Of a DNA stretch of 64,000 nt, positions 1 to 10,497 are shown piece by piece. Within the stretch, counting starts at the first letter, position 1. Each line of letters begins with the position of its first letter. The notes under the pieces are model-generated. The model made no database searches and had not been told where the DNA came from. It was given only the letters and a program-made list of their open reading frames with translations. The translations under genes were made by a program, and so were the position numbers. Source of the DNA: Myxococcales bacterium (GTDB lineage Bacteria > Myxococcota_A > Polyangia > Polyangiales > DASUME01); NCBI GenBank assembly GCA_047601445.1, contig JASGJH010000001.1, positions 8,192,001-8,256,000 of the forward strand, written 5' to 3'.

Positions 1-407
1 CTCCCGACCTCTTGCTCGAGCTCCGGCTCGATCGCGGCTACAGCTACAACTTGATGCCTTCGCCATCCGCGGGGAGCGACATCGTGGTGCGCCTCGAGCC
101 CCATGATTATCTGGGCAAAAAGGGGCGTAGCTTGCCCGGCAGTCATCGCCCGCGTGGGCTGTTCATCGCCGCGGGCCCGCGCGTCGCGGCGCGCGGCCAG
201 ATCGAAGCGACGATCGCCGACGCCGCAGCCAGCGTCCTCTCGCGCTTGGACGTCGCGCCGCCCGAGCATGCAGCGGGGAGCGTGCCGCATGCGCTCGACG
301 CCGGCGGCCCGCTGCGCGACCTGCCCGAGGCCGCGCCTCGACTGGTTGGCCTGGGTGATCAGGGAGCGCTCGAGCGTCGCCTGCGAGCCCTGGGCTACGT
401 GGATTGA
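1..407 (+). CDS. C-terminal part of an AlkP/nucleotide pyrophosphatase superfamily protein (5' end probably outside window)
   Basis: GSHRPRGLFIAAGP motif and terminal RLRALGYVD are typical AlkP-superfamily C-termini. Confidence 0.7.
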   Translation, partial: PDLLLELRLDRGYSYNLMPSPSAGSDIVVRLEPHDYLGKKGRSLPGSHRPRGLFIAAGPRVAARGQIEATIADAAASVLSRLDVAPPEHAAGSVPHALDAGGPLRDLPEAAPRLVGLGDQGALERRLRALGYVD

Positions 408-410
408 GGC

Positions 411-1568
411 ATGCGCACCCTGCACGTCGCTGCGCTGGCCCATCCAACCCGTCAAGGAACGCAAGCTGCGCTGCACAGCATGCTGTCCGCGTTGGCCCAG
501 GCGGGGCACGACACGCACCTCCACTGCTATCCGCTTCACGACGGGGCAGGCCGCGGTTCAGGCGCTGACTACCAGGTTCACCGGCCCGCCTCGGCCTTGT
601 CGCCGCGCTCGACACGCTCGGGGCCGAGCCTGGAGAAGCTGCTGCTCGACGCGCTGCTGGCTCGCGACTTGAGGCCGCTGTGCGCGCGGCTCGAGCCGGA
701 CGTCGTGATCGCCCATCACGTGGAGGCAGCCATGTGTTGTCTGCGCCTCGCGAAGCCCGTGCTGTTCATGGCGCACACCAGCCTGGCAGCCGAGCTGCCG
801 AGCTATTTCTCGCCTCGTTTCGCAGGGCCCTTGCGTGGCATGGGGGAGGGGCTCGATCGCTTCCTGTGCCGCGCGAGCACGCGCGCGCTCGCAGTCTCCC
901 CGCTGCTCGCGGACATGTTGGCCGCGCAGTCCGCTCGGCCCGTGTCGGCGATTCGGGTCCCGTGGACTACGCCCGAGCCCATGAGCGCGGAAGAGCGCGC
1001 GCACGCGCGTCGCAGCCTCGGGCTCACGTCGGAGCACGAGGTCTTGCTGTATGCGGGCAACCTTGACGCTTACCAAGATCTCGATGGTTTGCTGGAGCCG
1101 CTCCATCGCCTCGCACGTCGCAGGCCCCAGCTTCGTTGGCTGATCGCGACCGAGAGCTCGTCGAGGGAATTCAGGCGCCGCCTCGAGACTGCCGGACTCG
1201 CCTCGCGCGTGATGTTCGCACCGCTTGCAGACGAGGCTCAGCGCAGGCGCGTGCACGCGGCGGCGCAGCTTGCCCTGGTTCCGCGGGGGGCCCCGGGCGG
1301 CCTCCCCATCAAGCTACTCGACGCGCTCGCGCGCGGCGTTCCCGTGGTCACCACGCGGCGCGCGAGCGCCGGGCTCGGGCTGCCTTCCGCGGCCGTGGAG
1401 TGGGTGGACGACGCCGGGAGCTGGGAGCAGGCCATCGAGCGCGTGCTTTCCGGGCAACTGCCGGTGACCTCACTCGGGCGCGCTTATATCGAGCAAGCCC
1501 ACTCGAAGGAGCGCTTCGTGTCCGACTTGATCGCACATGCCAGTGTCGCCCAAGCGTCGCACGGCTGA
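411..1568 (+). CDS. GT4 (GT-B fold) glycosyltransferase
   Basis: PDVVIAHH, YAGNLDAYQDL, GLPIKLLDALARGVPVVTT. Confidence 0.85.
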   Translation: MRTLHVAALAHPTRQGTQAALHSMLSALAQAGHDTHLHCYPLHDGAGRGSGADYQVHRPASALSPRSTRSGPSLEKLLLDALLARDLRPLCARLEPDVVIAHHVEAAMCCLRLAKPVLFMAHTSLAAELPSYFSPRFAGPLRGMGEGLDRFLCRASTRALAVSPLLADMLAAQSARPVSAIRVPWTTPEPMSAEERAHARRSLGLTSEHEVLLYAGNLDAYQDLDGLLEPLHRLARRRPQLRWLIATESSSREFRRRLETAGLASRVMFAPLADEAQRRRVHAAAQLALVPRGAPGGLPIKLLDALARGVPVVTTRRASAGLGLPSAAVEWVDDAGSWEQAIERVLSGQLPVTSLGRAYIEQAHSKERFVSDLIAHASVAQASHG

Positions 1569-1629
1569 AGCCACGGTCTTTGGAACGAGCTTTTTTCGAC
1601 GGCCAATCCAGCGATGGTAGGGTGCGCCC

Positions 1630-3973
1630 ATGGCCCGGAATCCAGCCACCAAGCAGCTTTTTCTCGACCCCCGCGCCGGCCTCCTCGGGCTCGCCCTGTT
1701 CCTGTCTCCGCACCTCTCGGCATGCACCACGGCCACCGCCGAGGGCGCCGCGGGCTTGACCGCGCAACGTCCGGGCTCCTCCCGGGCGGCCAACCCGGCC
1801 CCCTCTGCATCCGCGCCCCCGAGCGTCGCGCCCGCGCAGCCTGTTGCGGTCGCTGCCAATCCCAACCCCGCGGGACGTCGCGTCTTCTACGACCTGGTGG
1901 CTCACCGCGACGACGCCGAGCTCTTCGTGGGGCGCTCGCTGATCGTGGATTTCGGCACGTCTGGCGACGCCAAGTACACGCTCGGCGGCTGGGGTACGCG
2001 CGTGCGCGGCTCGCTCGTCATCGACGGCGTGAGTGCGACCCTGGTGCGTGGCACCCATGGCGACGTGATCCTCCCGCTGCCCTTCGACGGCGGCGCGAGC
2101 GTGCTGGTGAACCTGCGGGCCCCCCGCGACGGCGAGGTCACCGCGTACCTCGGAGATACCGTGGTGGCGCGCCTCAAGACCGACAAGACCCGCTTCAATA
2201 CCGTGCGCATCGACCTGCCGAGCAACCTCGCCACGCGCGGCGAGCACCTGCTGCGTCTACGGGCGAGCGGCATGTCCACGCTCGGCAAGGAGAGCGCCTC
2301 GCTCGCGATTGACTGGCTGAGCGTTGCCTCCAGCCAGGACACGCCCGCCACCCCCGTGCTCTCGGCCGCCGCGGCTGCACCCGGGTCGCTCTCGATTCCC
2401 GCCGGACAAAGCCTGAGTTACACCTTCCTGGTGCCGTCCCAGGCCCGCCTCGCTGGCGAGACATCGGGGCGCCTGCAGCTGACGGCCACGCTCGACGACC
2501 TGTCCGAAGTCGATCTGGGAGGTTGGGGACCGGGCAAGCTCGACGTCGATCTCGGCAAGCTCGCCGGAAAGGTCGCGCGACTGAATCTCACCGCCGCGGC
2601 TGATCTCGCGCTGTCTCGAGCACAGGTCTCGATTCCCCAGGCCGAGGCCCCGCGCAAGCTCGAGAAGCCCGTGCGCAACGTCCTCGTCTACCTGATCGAC
2701 ACCCTGCGCGCCGACCACCTCAAGCCCTTCAACGCAAACACGCGCGTGCGCACGCCTGGACTCGACGAGCTGGTGGCCCTCGGCAGCGCCGTCTTCAGCT
2801 CGGCCCATACCCAGGAGAACTGGACCAAGCCCAGCGTAGCTACCTTGCTCTCCTCGCTCTTGCCTTGGGAGCACCACGCCGTCACGACGGAGGCCGTCGT
2901 CCCCGCGGAGGTCAAGCTCTTGCCCGAGCTCCTGCAGGAGCGCGGGTTCCACACGGGCGCGTTCATCGCCAACGGCTACGTGTCCGACAAGTTCGGCTTC
3001 AAGCAAGGCTGGGACAGCTTCCGCAACTACATCCGCGAAGGACGCTATTCACGCGCGGAGTTCCTGGCGGCCGACGTCGTCGAGTGGCTCGACAAGCGCC
3101 CCGAGAAGCTGCCCTTCTTCCTCTACGTGCACGCCATCGATCCGCACGTCCCCTACAAGCCCACCGCCGAGTTCCTCTCGCTCTACAATCCCTTGCCCTA
3201 CGACGGCGTGGTGGACTTCTCGGATGACACCGCCTTGCTCGAGAAGATCAAGAATCGGTCAGGTCAAGCTCAAGGACCGCGACAAGGTCCACCTCGAGGC
3301 CCTGTACGACAGCGAGATCAGCTACCACGACGTGCATTTCAGGGCGATTCTCACCGCCCTCGAGAAGCGCAAGCTCGCGGACGACACGATGGTGGTGGTG
3401 GTGGCCGACCACGGCGAGGAGTTCTGGGACCACGGCTCGGTGGGCCATGGACACAGCGTCTACGAAGAGCTCCTGCGCATTCCGATGGTGATGCGCGTGC
3501 CGGGCCTCACCACCCGGGCAGAGACCATCAAGACCTCGGCGGGCCTGGTCGACGTGATGCCCACGGTCCTCGATGCGCTGGGCGAGCCGATTCCGAGCGA
3601 GCTCAGCGGCCACTCGCTGCTGAAGGAGCTCAGCGGCAGCGGGTCGGACGCGCCGCAGGTGACCGTCTCCGGGTTCATGGATGGTTGGCGCACGGTGGTG
3701 ATCGACGGCATGAAGCTCATCCAGCGCACCGAGCGTCGCCTGATGCTGCACGACCTGGCGATCGATCCGCACGAGCAGACCGATGTGGCGTCTCAGCGGC
3801 CCCTCACCACGCGCTATTTGCGCGGCCAACTCGGTCTGGCGCTGGCCAAGAGCGAGCCCGGGCAGGGCGCAGCGAGCGGGAAGAAAGCGCACCGCGAGCA
3901 GAAGACCGACATCGACGCGGAGACCGAGGCCCAGCTGCGCGCTCTGGGGTACGTAGGGTCCTCCCGTCGCTGA
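1630..3973 (+). CDS. Sulfatase-like lipoprotein, split by a +1 frameshift at about 3253
   Basis: Lipobox LSAC; NVLVYLIDTLRADH, WTKPS, DPHVPY in the first frame; ADHGEEFWDHG, GHGHSVYEE, LRALGYV in the second frame (ORF 3224..3973). Deleting one A from AAGAATC joins them (EKIKIGQVK). Confidence 0.85.
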
Positions 3974-3988
3974 GGCTCAGCCCGGCGC

Positions 3989-4026
3989 GAAACGAAAACG
4001 CCCTCGGGCCTGGGGCACGAGGGCGT
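3989..4026 (-). terminator. Intrinsic terminator for the minus-strand xseB unit (possibly bidirectional)
   Basis: ACGCCCTCG...CGAGGGCGT inverted repeat followed by a T-rich tail on the minus strand, between convergent genes. Confidence 0.7.
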
Positions 4027-4053
4027 CGGATTGGATGCCGGGAGCCGAAGGGG

Positions 4054-4839
4054 TCAGGCCTTGGAGGGCCTGGGCGCCTTGCTCACGCGGCGCGCCGGGT
4101 CGAGCTCGGGGCGCGGCGGCACGTTGGGGAAGGGCAGTCCATCCGTGTACCGGAAGGACATCCCATTGACGGCGCGCGGCGCCGAGGGAGCCACGTGCCC
4201 GTTCACGGCGGGAGCTGCGGCTGCAGGCGCGGCGTGGACCACCGGAGCTTCGCGCAGCATGGCCGCGGGGCTCGGGGCGTTGGCGGGCGGCGGCATGGTG
4301 ACCACGGCGACTTCGTCGTCGTCGTCCATCATGGCCGAGCGCTCCAGCGCCGCTTGCACGTCCGCGCGGTCGGCCATCACCGTGGCCTCCTCCTCGGAGT
4401 GCGCGGGGTAGGCCTCGAGGGCCGGCTGCGAGCGGAAGTCTTCGCTGACGTCCTCGAAGCTACCCGTCTCGTGGGTCGCGTCTGGCTCCGCGTAGCCCGC
4501 GTCGTCGGTGGCGACGCCCTCCTCGGGGCCGTTGAGCATCAGGATGTGCTCGAAGATCTGCTGGCCACGCGAGTCGAACTGAAGCGAGTCGATCACGACG
4601 TCGAAGCGCTGGTGCGAGAGCCGATCCTCACCGTTGTCGACCACGGTGACGCAACGACCCACTCCGGCGAAACCGGGCGTCCCATCGTAGAGCGTGACGG
4701 CGAACTGCACCCAATCCCCCACGTCGACGACGTCGGGACCGGGCAAAATAACGTGCGTTTCGTTCACCCGTCCCACGAGTCCCTGGGCCATCTGATTGAG
4801 GTCCGTGAAGTCCGTGTGAACGGTCACCACCTGAGTCAT
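4054..4839 (-). CDS. Hypothetical protein, degenerate PilZ-like (TIGR02266-like) N-terminal domain plus acidic/Pro-rich tail
   Basis: VGDWVQFAVTLYDGTPGFAGVGRCV resembles myxobacterial PilZ-like domains; start overlaps xseB stop. Confidence 0.6.
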   Translation of the reverse strand: MTQVVTVHTDFTDLNQMAQGLVGRVNETHVILPGPDVVDVGDWVQFAVTLYDGTPGFAGVGRCVTVVDNGEDRLSHQRFDVVIDSLQFDSRGQQIFEHILMLNGPEEGVATDDAGYAEPDATHETGSFEDVSEDFRSQPALEAYPAHSEEEATVMADRADVQAALERSAMMDDDDEVAVVTMPPPANAPSPAAMLREAPVVHAAPAAAAPAVNGHVAPSAPRAVNGMSFRYTDGLPFPNVPPRPELDPARRVSKAPRPSKA

Positions 4840-5129
4840 GGGGCTTCGTTCTCCTTGTGTCGCGTCTCAGTCATCGTCACCGTGGTGCCATCCTCACTCA
4901 GAAGTCGCTCCACCCTGCGCTCCGCATCGTCCAGTCGGGTCGCTCCCAATCGCGAGAGCCGAACCCCCTCCTCGAACAGCGTTAACGAATCTTCCAACGT
5001 GAGGTCACCTGATTCCAGTTTTTCCACGACCACGTTCAGTCGCGCGAGGATCTCTTCGAAGGCAGCGGGGGAAGCGTCGTTTCCCGTCGCATGCTGGGAT
5101 TCTCCCATGTTTTCCCTCCGCATGGCCAT
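4836..5129 (-). CDS. xseB: Exodeoxyribonuclease VII small subunit
   Basis: FEEILARLNVVVEKLESGDLTLEDSLTLFEEGVRLSR...LDDAERRV. Confidence 0.93.
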   Translation of the reverse strand: MAMRRENMGESQHATGNDASPAAFEEILARLNVVVEKLESGDLTLEDSLTLFEEGVRLSRLGATRLDDAERRVERLLSEDGTTVTMTETRHKENEAP

Positions 5130-5238
5130 GGCGTAGCGCGAGCCTATCCCCGGAAAAGCCGCGTGACCATGCCCGAGCTGTACGCGGGGGTCAACGGCTG
5201 CACTGCTTACGGGCCAAACTTATATCCCGACCCCGAGC

Positions 5239-5853
5239 TCACAGCCCCACGGACAACCGCATCCCGAACGTGTCGTACCGCAGATCGTCCATCGTGTAGA
5301 CCATGAAACTCACGCCGACGCCCACATGGAAGCCCTTGACCAGCTGGACGTCCGCCCCGAGCTCGGCCCCGATGCCCCGAAAGCCGCGGCTCAGGGGGGT
5401 ATGAAAGCGCTTTCCGAACGTGAACCCAGCCTCCCCCATGGCGACGAGGTAGGGCACCAGACGACCCAGGTCTCTAATGTGCTGGTAGCCGGCGAACAAG
5501 TGGCCGCTGATGAGCCCTTCGGAGTCTCCCTTGTGGTAGGCGCGCGTGCCGCCCTCCACGCCGCCGCCCCCGCGGAAGTAGCGCGTGGGGAGGAAGCCCG
5601 AGAAAGCAGCCGAGTTGACGATTCCGCCGCCCTGCCAGTCATGCAGTGAGTACAGCCGATAGCTGACGTCGACCTTGGGGCCCTTCCAGGGCTCGGGCTC
5701 CTTCTCGTAGTCGGCGCTGCCTGTCGAAGCTGCCGCGCTGCTGCTCGCGCGCTCCACGCTCGGGCTGTTCGTGCCGGGGTTGTCTTGGGCCTCCGCCCCC
5801 GAGATGACTCCGAGCAGACCCACCAAGAGCCAGCTGCTGAACCAGCGGTTCAT
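5239..5853 (-). CDS. Secreted protein, probable small outer-membrane beta-barrel
   Basis: Signal peptide, alternating amphipathic strands, C-terminal FGMRLSVGL. Confidence 0.65.
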   Translation of the reverse strand: MNRWFSSWLLVGLLGVISGAEAQDNPGTNSPSVERASSSAAASTGSADYEKEPEPWKGPKVDVSYRLYSLHDWQGGGIVNSAAFSGFLPTRYFRGGGGVEGGTRAYHKGDSEGLISGHLFAGYQHIRDLGRLVPYLVAMGEAGFTFGKRFHTPLSRGFRGIGAELGADVQLVKGFHVGVGVSFMVYTMDDLRYDTFGMRLSVGL

Positions 5854-6644
5854 GGCGATGTTCCCCCGTCGGTGGGACCCAGACTGCCAGCATCGAGGTC
5901 GGGGACCTCGCCATCGGAGAGGTCCGCAGCTTCGCCTTCGAGCACCTCGAACGCGTTGATCATCTGCGTGACTTCGAGCTCACTCAATGGCGGATTGGCC
6001 TCGAAACCGAGGCGAATTGCCGTCATCCGCTTGGAGGTCTCGTAGTAGACCACGCGCCGGTAGCGGGCCGTCTCCTGCACCTGAGTCATGAACTCGTAGT
6101 AGGGCTGTCCCTTGTCGTTCTTACCCTCGCGACCGTCCGCGCCAAAGAACGTGTTGAGCTCTGCGCCGGTGCGACCCTCGGAATCGCTGGTGTTGAGCTT
6201 CTTCGCACAGGAGTCCTGGGTCGCCACCTGCACGCCGAGCTCATCGCAGTTCAGCACGCTGACCTCGAGCCGATATTTCGGGTACGTGATCACGCCGGGG
6301 GCCGCCATATCCACCTGTGCCGTGCGATGGATCTCGAGCACGCGTGAGCTGAGCTTGCTCGGCACCAGGTCGGGCAGCGCCGGGGCGCCCACGCGATCCA
6401 GGCGACCGAACTGAACCGACGCGTCGGGTTGTCCACGCTCGAGCGGATCGGTGGTCACGCGTTGCCAGGGCGGATCCACGTATCGGAGCCGATAGCCGAT
6501 GCCATCGGGCTGCTCGACCACGAGGCTAGACATGCCGGCATAGGTCTCGTCGGCATCTCGGCCGCAGCCCAGGGCGAGGCAGGAGAGGTTCAGGACGAGG
6601 AACGTTTGGGTGAGGCGGAAGGCCACGGGTGCTGTTGTGAACAA
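5850..6644 (-). CDS. Hypothetical lipoprotein
   Basis: LALGC lipobox; stop overlaps the next start. Confidence 0.6.
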   Translation of the reverse strand: MFTTAPVAFRLTQTFLVLNLSCLALGCGRDADETYAGMSSLVVEQPDGIGYRLRYVDPPWQRVTTDPLERGQPDASVQFGRLDRVGAPALPDLVPSKLSSRVLEIHRTAQVDMAAPGVITYPKYRLEVSVLNCDELGVQVATQDSCAKKLNTSDSEGRTGAELNTFFGADGREGKNDKGQPYYEFMTQVQETARYRRVVYYETSKRMTAIRLGFEANPPLSELEVTQMINAFEVLEGEAADLSDGEVPDLDAGSLGPTDGGTSP

Positions 6645-6903
6645 TGCTGGGCAGAACGCAAATCGGTCAAGGATTCACGGCATCCGGGCGCGCTTGGGAT
6701 GAGGCTCCAATGTGGGCTTTTTGCACCCATGGATTTGAGTGCGCGGATACTCGCGGAACTCCCCCAAGACGGTGTTACCATCCCGCAAGCTGCAAGGGGG
6801 GACACCGCGCTGCGCTCCCTCCCGCTTATTTTCGTGCGGGGTCGCCCGCGCAGTTCGATGTGTCGGAGGCAGGTAGTGTCGCTCTCCAGGGTTGAGGTTT
6901 CTT

Positions 6904-8571
6904 ATGGATGACTCGCGCAGGGCGCCGCTTTCGGTACCGCGTCCGCCTGTCCAGGGACCGGATCCTCTCATCGGCCGCATCGTCAACGATCGCTACCGCA
7001 TCGTGGGGATCATCGCGCGCGGCGGCATGGGCAAGGTGTACCGCGCCGAGCAGCAGCCCCTCGGGCGTCTGGTGGCCCTCAAGGTCCTGGATCCGAACTA
7101 CACGGGCGACAACGATCCCGAGTTCCATCGGCGTTTCTTCCTGGAGGCTTCCATCGCCTCCAAGTTGTCGCACCCGAACACCGTCACGATTTTCGATTAC
7201 GGCAAGACCGACGACGACATCTACTACATCGCCATGGAGCTGCTCGAGGGGCGCACGCTTCACCGCGCGCTCCGAGACGAGGGCCCGTTCGCGCCCGATC
7301 GCGTCGTGCACATTGGTCGCCAGATCTGCCGCTCGCTGCGTGAAGCCCACGCGCTCGGCGTGATCCATCGCGATCTGAAGCCCGCCAACGTGTACCTGGT
7401 CCAGCACGGCGACGAGAACGACCTGGTCAAGGTGCTCGACTTCGGCCTGGTGAAGAACGTCGAGGACAAGGCCGGCGAGGAGCTGACCCAGACCGGACTC
7501 TTCATGGGCTCGCCCAAGTACATGTCGCCCGAGCAAATCCGCGGAGACGCGGTGGATGCGCGCGTCGACGTATATGCGCTCGGCGTAATGATGTACGAGA
7601 TGTTGACCGGCAAGGTGCCCTTCGATCGCGCCAACTCGGTGAACATCCTGATGGCTCACATCCAGGAAGAAGTGCCGCTGATGAGCGAGCACAACGCCAA
7701 TGTGCGGATTCCGCCGGCGCTCGAGCAGGTGGTCCGCAAGTGCATGGCCAAGCAGCGAGAGGATCGCTACGCCAGCATGGACGCCGTGCTGACCGCGCTG
7801 AAGCAGTGCGGCTACATGGGCGGCACCATCAGCGGCGAACACCGCCTCGACAGCGGCGACAACAGCATCGTGTTCGGAGCGCTGCACAGCCCGATCTCTT
7901 CCACCGTGCGTGTCGCGAACGACGCGACCCTGAGCGGACCCGTGCTCTCCACGGCCTTCGATAGCCCGGCGGTCGAGCCGGCTCCCGTGGTGGCCAACAA
8001 GCCCAAGCGCAGCTGGCTGCCGCTGGCGGCGGGAGCAGCGCTGCTCGTGAGCGTCGGAGCCGGCATGGCTTTCTCGCGCGGCAGCGAGCCGACCAAGGAA
8101 CAGCCGGGCGTGGCACCGGCGGCCACTGCAGCGCCCGTCGCCGAACGTCCATCGAGCGTCGGGGAGGCTCCTGTCGCCGCCGCGCCGTCCAACGTTGCGC
8201 CCGCGGCCGCCGAGCCTCAGGTCGCGCCCAGTGTCGGCACGGTGCTGGTGTCGCTGCGCTCTACGCCGCCGGGGGCCATGGTGGTGGTGGGTGGCAAGGA
8301 GTTCGGTCCGACGCCGACGCAGCTCGAGTGGTCGGGTGCCGATGCGGCGGTCGGTCGGGAAGTCACCTTTCGATTTCAGCGCAAGGGCTACCGCGATCTC
8401 ACGGTCACCCGACAGATTCGCGGTGACCGGCTCGAGGTCGAAGCTCCTCCGATGGATCCGATTCCTGTGCGCAGGCCCACGCGTGACGAACGCCCTGCCG
8501 GGGCCGCGCCTGGCGCGAAGGGCCCGGGTGTGGTGGCTCCGCTCAAGGACTACAAGGCCGAGCCCTACTGA
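6904..8571 (+). CDS. Membrane Hanks-type Ser/Thr kinase with C-terminal PEGA-like domain
   Basis: GGMGKVY, VALK, HRDLKPAN, DFG, YMSPE; TM segment; STPPGAMVVV. Confidence 0.93.
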   Translation: MDDSRRAPLSVPRPPVQGPDPLIGRIVNDRYRIVGIIARGGMGKVYRAEQQPLGRLVALKVLDPNYTGDNDPEFHRRFFLEASIASKLSHPNTVTIFDYGKTDDDIYYIAMELLEGRTLHRALRDEGPFAPDRVVHIGRQICRSLREAHALGVIHRDLKPANVYLVQHGDENDLVKVLDFGLVKNVEDKAGEELTQTGLFMGSPKYMSPEQIRGDAVDARVDVYALGVMMYEMLTGKVPFDRANSVNILMAHIQEEVPLMSEHNANVRIPPALEQVVRKCMAKQREDRYASMDAVLTALKQCGYMGGTISGEHRLDSGDNSIVFGALHSPISSTVRVANDATLSGPVLSTAFDSPAVEPAPVVANKPKRSWLPLAAGAALLVSVGAGMAFSRGSEPTKEQPGVAPAATAAPVAERPSSVGEAPVAAAPSNVAPAAAEPQVAPSVGTVLVSLRSTPPGAMVVVGGKEFGPTPTQLEWSGADAAVGREVTFRFQRKGYRDLTVTRQIRGDRLEVEAPPMDPIPVRRPTRDERPAGAAPGAKGPGVVAPLKDYKAEPY

Positions 8572-8631
8572 GACGTTCGCCGCATTGACCCCGGCCGGGA
8601 GTTGCCGCACCCTCGCGCCCAGGTGACGTCG

Positions 8632-9585
8632 ATGGCCTCCACAGAGCAAGCGCATGCGACCGGTTCGGTCGTCACGCCAGGCAACCACGACGGGGTCCAC
8701 CTCGGACATCGCGCCCTGGTGCGCGCGGCTCGTCAGCTGGCCGACCAACAGCAGCCGGCCCTCGAGGTCGTGGCGCTCACGTTCGATCCTCATCCCCTGC
8801 ACGTGATGGCGCCCGAGCGAGCACCTCCGCTCCTGACCTCACCTGAGCGTCGCGCTCAGCTGCTGCTCGGCGCGGGTGCCGATCGCGTGGTGGTGCGCCC
8901 CTTCGACGCAGCCTTCGCGAGTCTGACGCCGGAGCAGTTCGTGGCCGAGGTGCTGCGACGTGACCTCGGTGCGCGTGCGGTGGTGGTCGGCAACGACTTC
9001 CGCTTCGGCGCCCAGCGTGCCGGCGACGTCGCTCGCTTGCGCGAGCTGATGGCCGAGACGCAGGGGCAGGTCCTCACGGTGCCCGCGGTCACGCTCGAGG
9101 GCGAGGTCGTCTCGTCGAGCCACGTTCGTGCCGCCCTGGCGCGCGGGGACGTCGCACTGGCAGCACGCATGCTTACGCGCGTTCATGACGTAACGCGCAC
9201 CGTGATCCAGGGAGCGCAGCGGGGGCGCACGATCGGGTTCCCCACCGCCAACCTGGAACTTAGCGGATTGATGACTCCGGCAGACGGTGTGTACGCAGTG
9301 GTCGTGCGCGTCCTGGACGAGGGCCCGGCGAACCCACTGCGCCTGGGGGTCGCCAACTTGGGAGTGCGTCCCACCGTCAGCGCCGGGCGTTCGTTGGAGG
9401 TACACTTGTTGGACTTCGCCGGAGATCTCTACGGCAAGTCCCTGCGGGTCGGCTTCGTGGCGCGCTTGCGAGCGGAGCAGAAGTTCGAGAGCCTCGACGC
9501 GCTGCGCGCGCAAATCGCGCGTGACGTGGAAGCCGGGCGCGGGGTCCTCGCGCAATCCGACCAGTTGCTATGGGCATGGGTATGA
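8632..9585 (+). CDS. ribF: Bifunctional riboflavin kinase/FAD synthetase
   Basis: GNHDGVHLGH, LTFDPHP, GNDFRFG, GRTIGFPTAN, LEVHLLDF; start could be 8602-8632. Confidence 0.95.
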   Translation: MASTEQAHATGSVVTPGNHDGVHLGHRALVRAARQLADQQQPALEVVALTFDPHPLHVMAPERAPPLLTSPERRAQLLLGAGADRVVVRPFDAAFASLTPEQFVAEVLRRDLGARAVVVGNDFRFGAQRAGDVARLRELMAETQGQVLTVPAVTLEGEVVSSSHVRAALARGDVALAARMLTRVHDVTRTVIQGAQRGRTIGFPTANLELSGLMTPADGVYAVVVRVLDEGPANPLRLGVANLGVRPTVSAGRSLEVHLLDFAGDLYGKSLRVGFVARLRAEQKFESLDALRAQIARDVEAGRGVLAQSDQLLWAWV

Positions 9586-10052
9586 AGCCAACCAGCTTGT
9601 TCAAGCGAGTCTTCGATTTCGCGCGCGCCGAGTTGGAGCGGCGAGCCAAGCCGAACCAGGACGACGAGCGCGAACCTGCGGAGGCCTATGCCATCGGCGC
9701 TGCCGGTGCTGCCTTCGATCCGCCTCGCGGTGAGGTGAGGGGCGGCGGCGCTCCCGAGCTGCGCGGTCTCGAGGTGGTGCGAACCGAACGCGCCGGCGTG
9801 CGCTTGTCGTGGTCCATCTCGGACGCCGAGATCCAGCGGGCGCGGGCCCTCATCGATCCGGAAGCGGTGCTGTGCGTGCGCGTGGTGGCGTTCTCGCCGT
9901 TGCGCGACGACGTGCTCCGCCAGGTTCAAGATCGCCCGGGAGTCGAGCCACGCGGCGAGTGCGACGCCGGCATGGTGGACGGTCGCGCCATCGTGTCCAT
10001 CGGGCTGCGCTCGGGCGAGCGCTTCGTCTCGATCACCCACCACACGCTCTGA
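9582..10052 (+). CDS. Hypothetical protein (weak DUF4912-like pattern)
   Basis: ATGA overlap with ribF; LSWSI...CVRV...SIGLRSGERFVSI. Confidence 0.55.
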   Translation: MKPTSLFKRVFDFARAELERRAKPNQDDEREPAEAYAIGAAGAAFDPPRGEVRGGGAPELRGLEVVRTERAGVRLSWSISDAEIQRARALIDPEAVLCVRVVAFSPLRDDVLRQVQDRPGVEPRGECDAGMVDGRAIVSIGLRSGERFVSITHHTL

Positions 10053-10152
10053 GCACGCTTTTCCACGCAACCGTGCGGACCACGGGCCGATAGCAGCTCC
10101 AAAAGCAAGGCGTGGTCACGCGGCATCGGCGTGGTCCACGCGGGAGTCGCTC

Positions 10153-10497
10153 GTGCCGCTCGTGATCGCCATCGTCTCGGGAATCGTTTGTGCGCTCTTC
10201 GCCAGCGGCTGTCGTCGCGCGGCTGCAGCCTCGTTCGTCCCCACGCTCCAGGTCCAGCTCGCGGCGCGTCAGGTGACCCGGAGTAACCTGCCAGCCCAGC
10301 GCAAGGCTCCCTGGGACGCCACCGTCATCGCCTGGCTGCGCTTCACGCCGAAGATCGCGGCCAGCAGCATTCCCATGCGGGCCGAGTTCGACGTGGAGCT
10401 CGACGTGATCCCGTGTGAAGCCGAGGACCTCACATGCCTGGAGGAGTTCGCCGAGGGGGAGCGGAGCACCACTCGCATGCTCGGGGAACTCGAATGA
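10153..10497 (+). CDS. Small secreted/lipoprotein hypothetical
   Basis: Hydrophobic N-terminus with ASGC; ATGA overlap with the next gene. Confidence 0.45.
   Translation: MPLVIAIVSGIVCALFASGCRRAAAASFVPTLQVQLAARQVTRSNLPAQRKAPWDATVIAWLRFTPKIAASSIPMRAEFDVELDVIPCEAEDLTCLEEFAEGERSTTRMLGELE

Noticed and set aside
1630..5136. 1168-aa ORF as one giant protein
   Set aside because: After ~3253 it is out-of-frame read-through that runs antisense over two real genes; the sulfatase continues in the 3224..3973 frame
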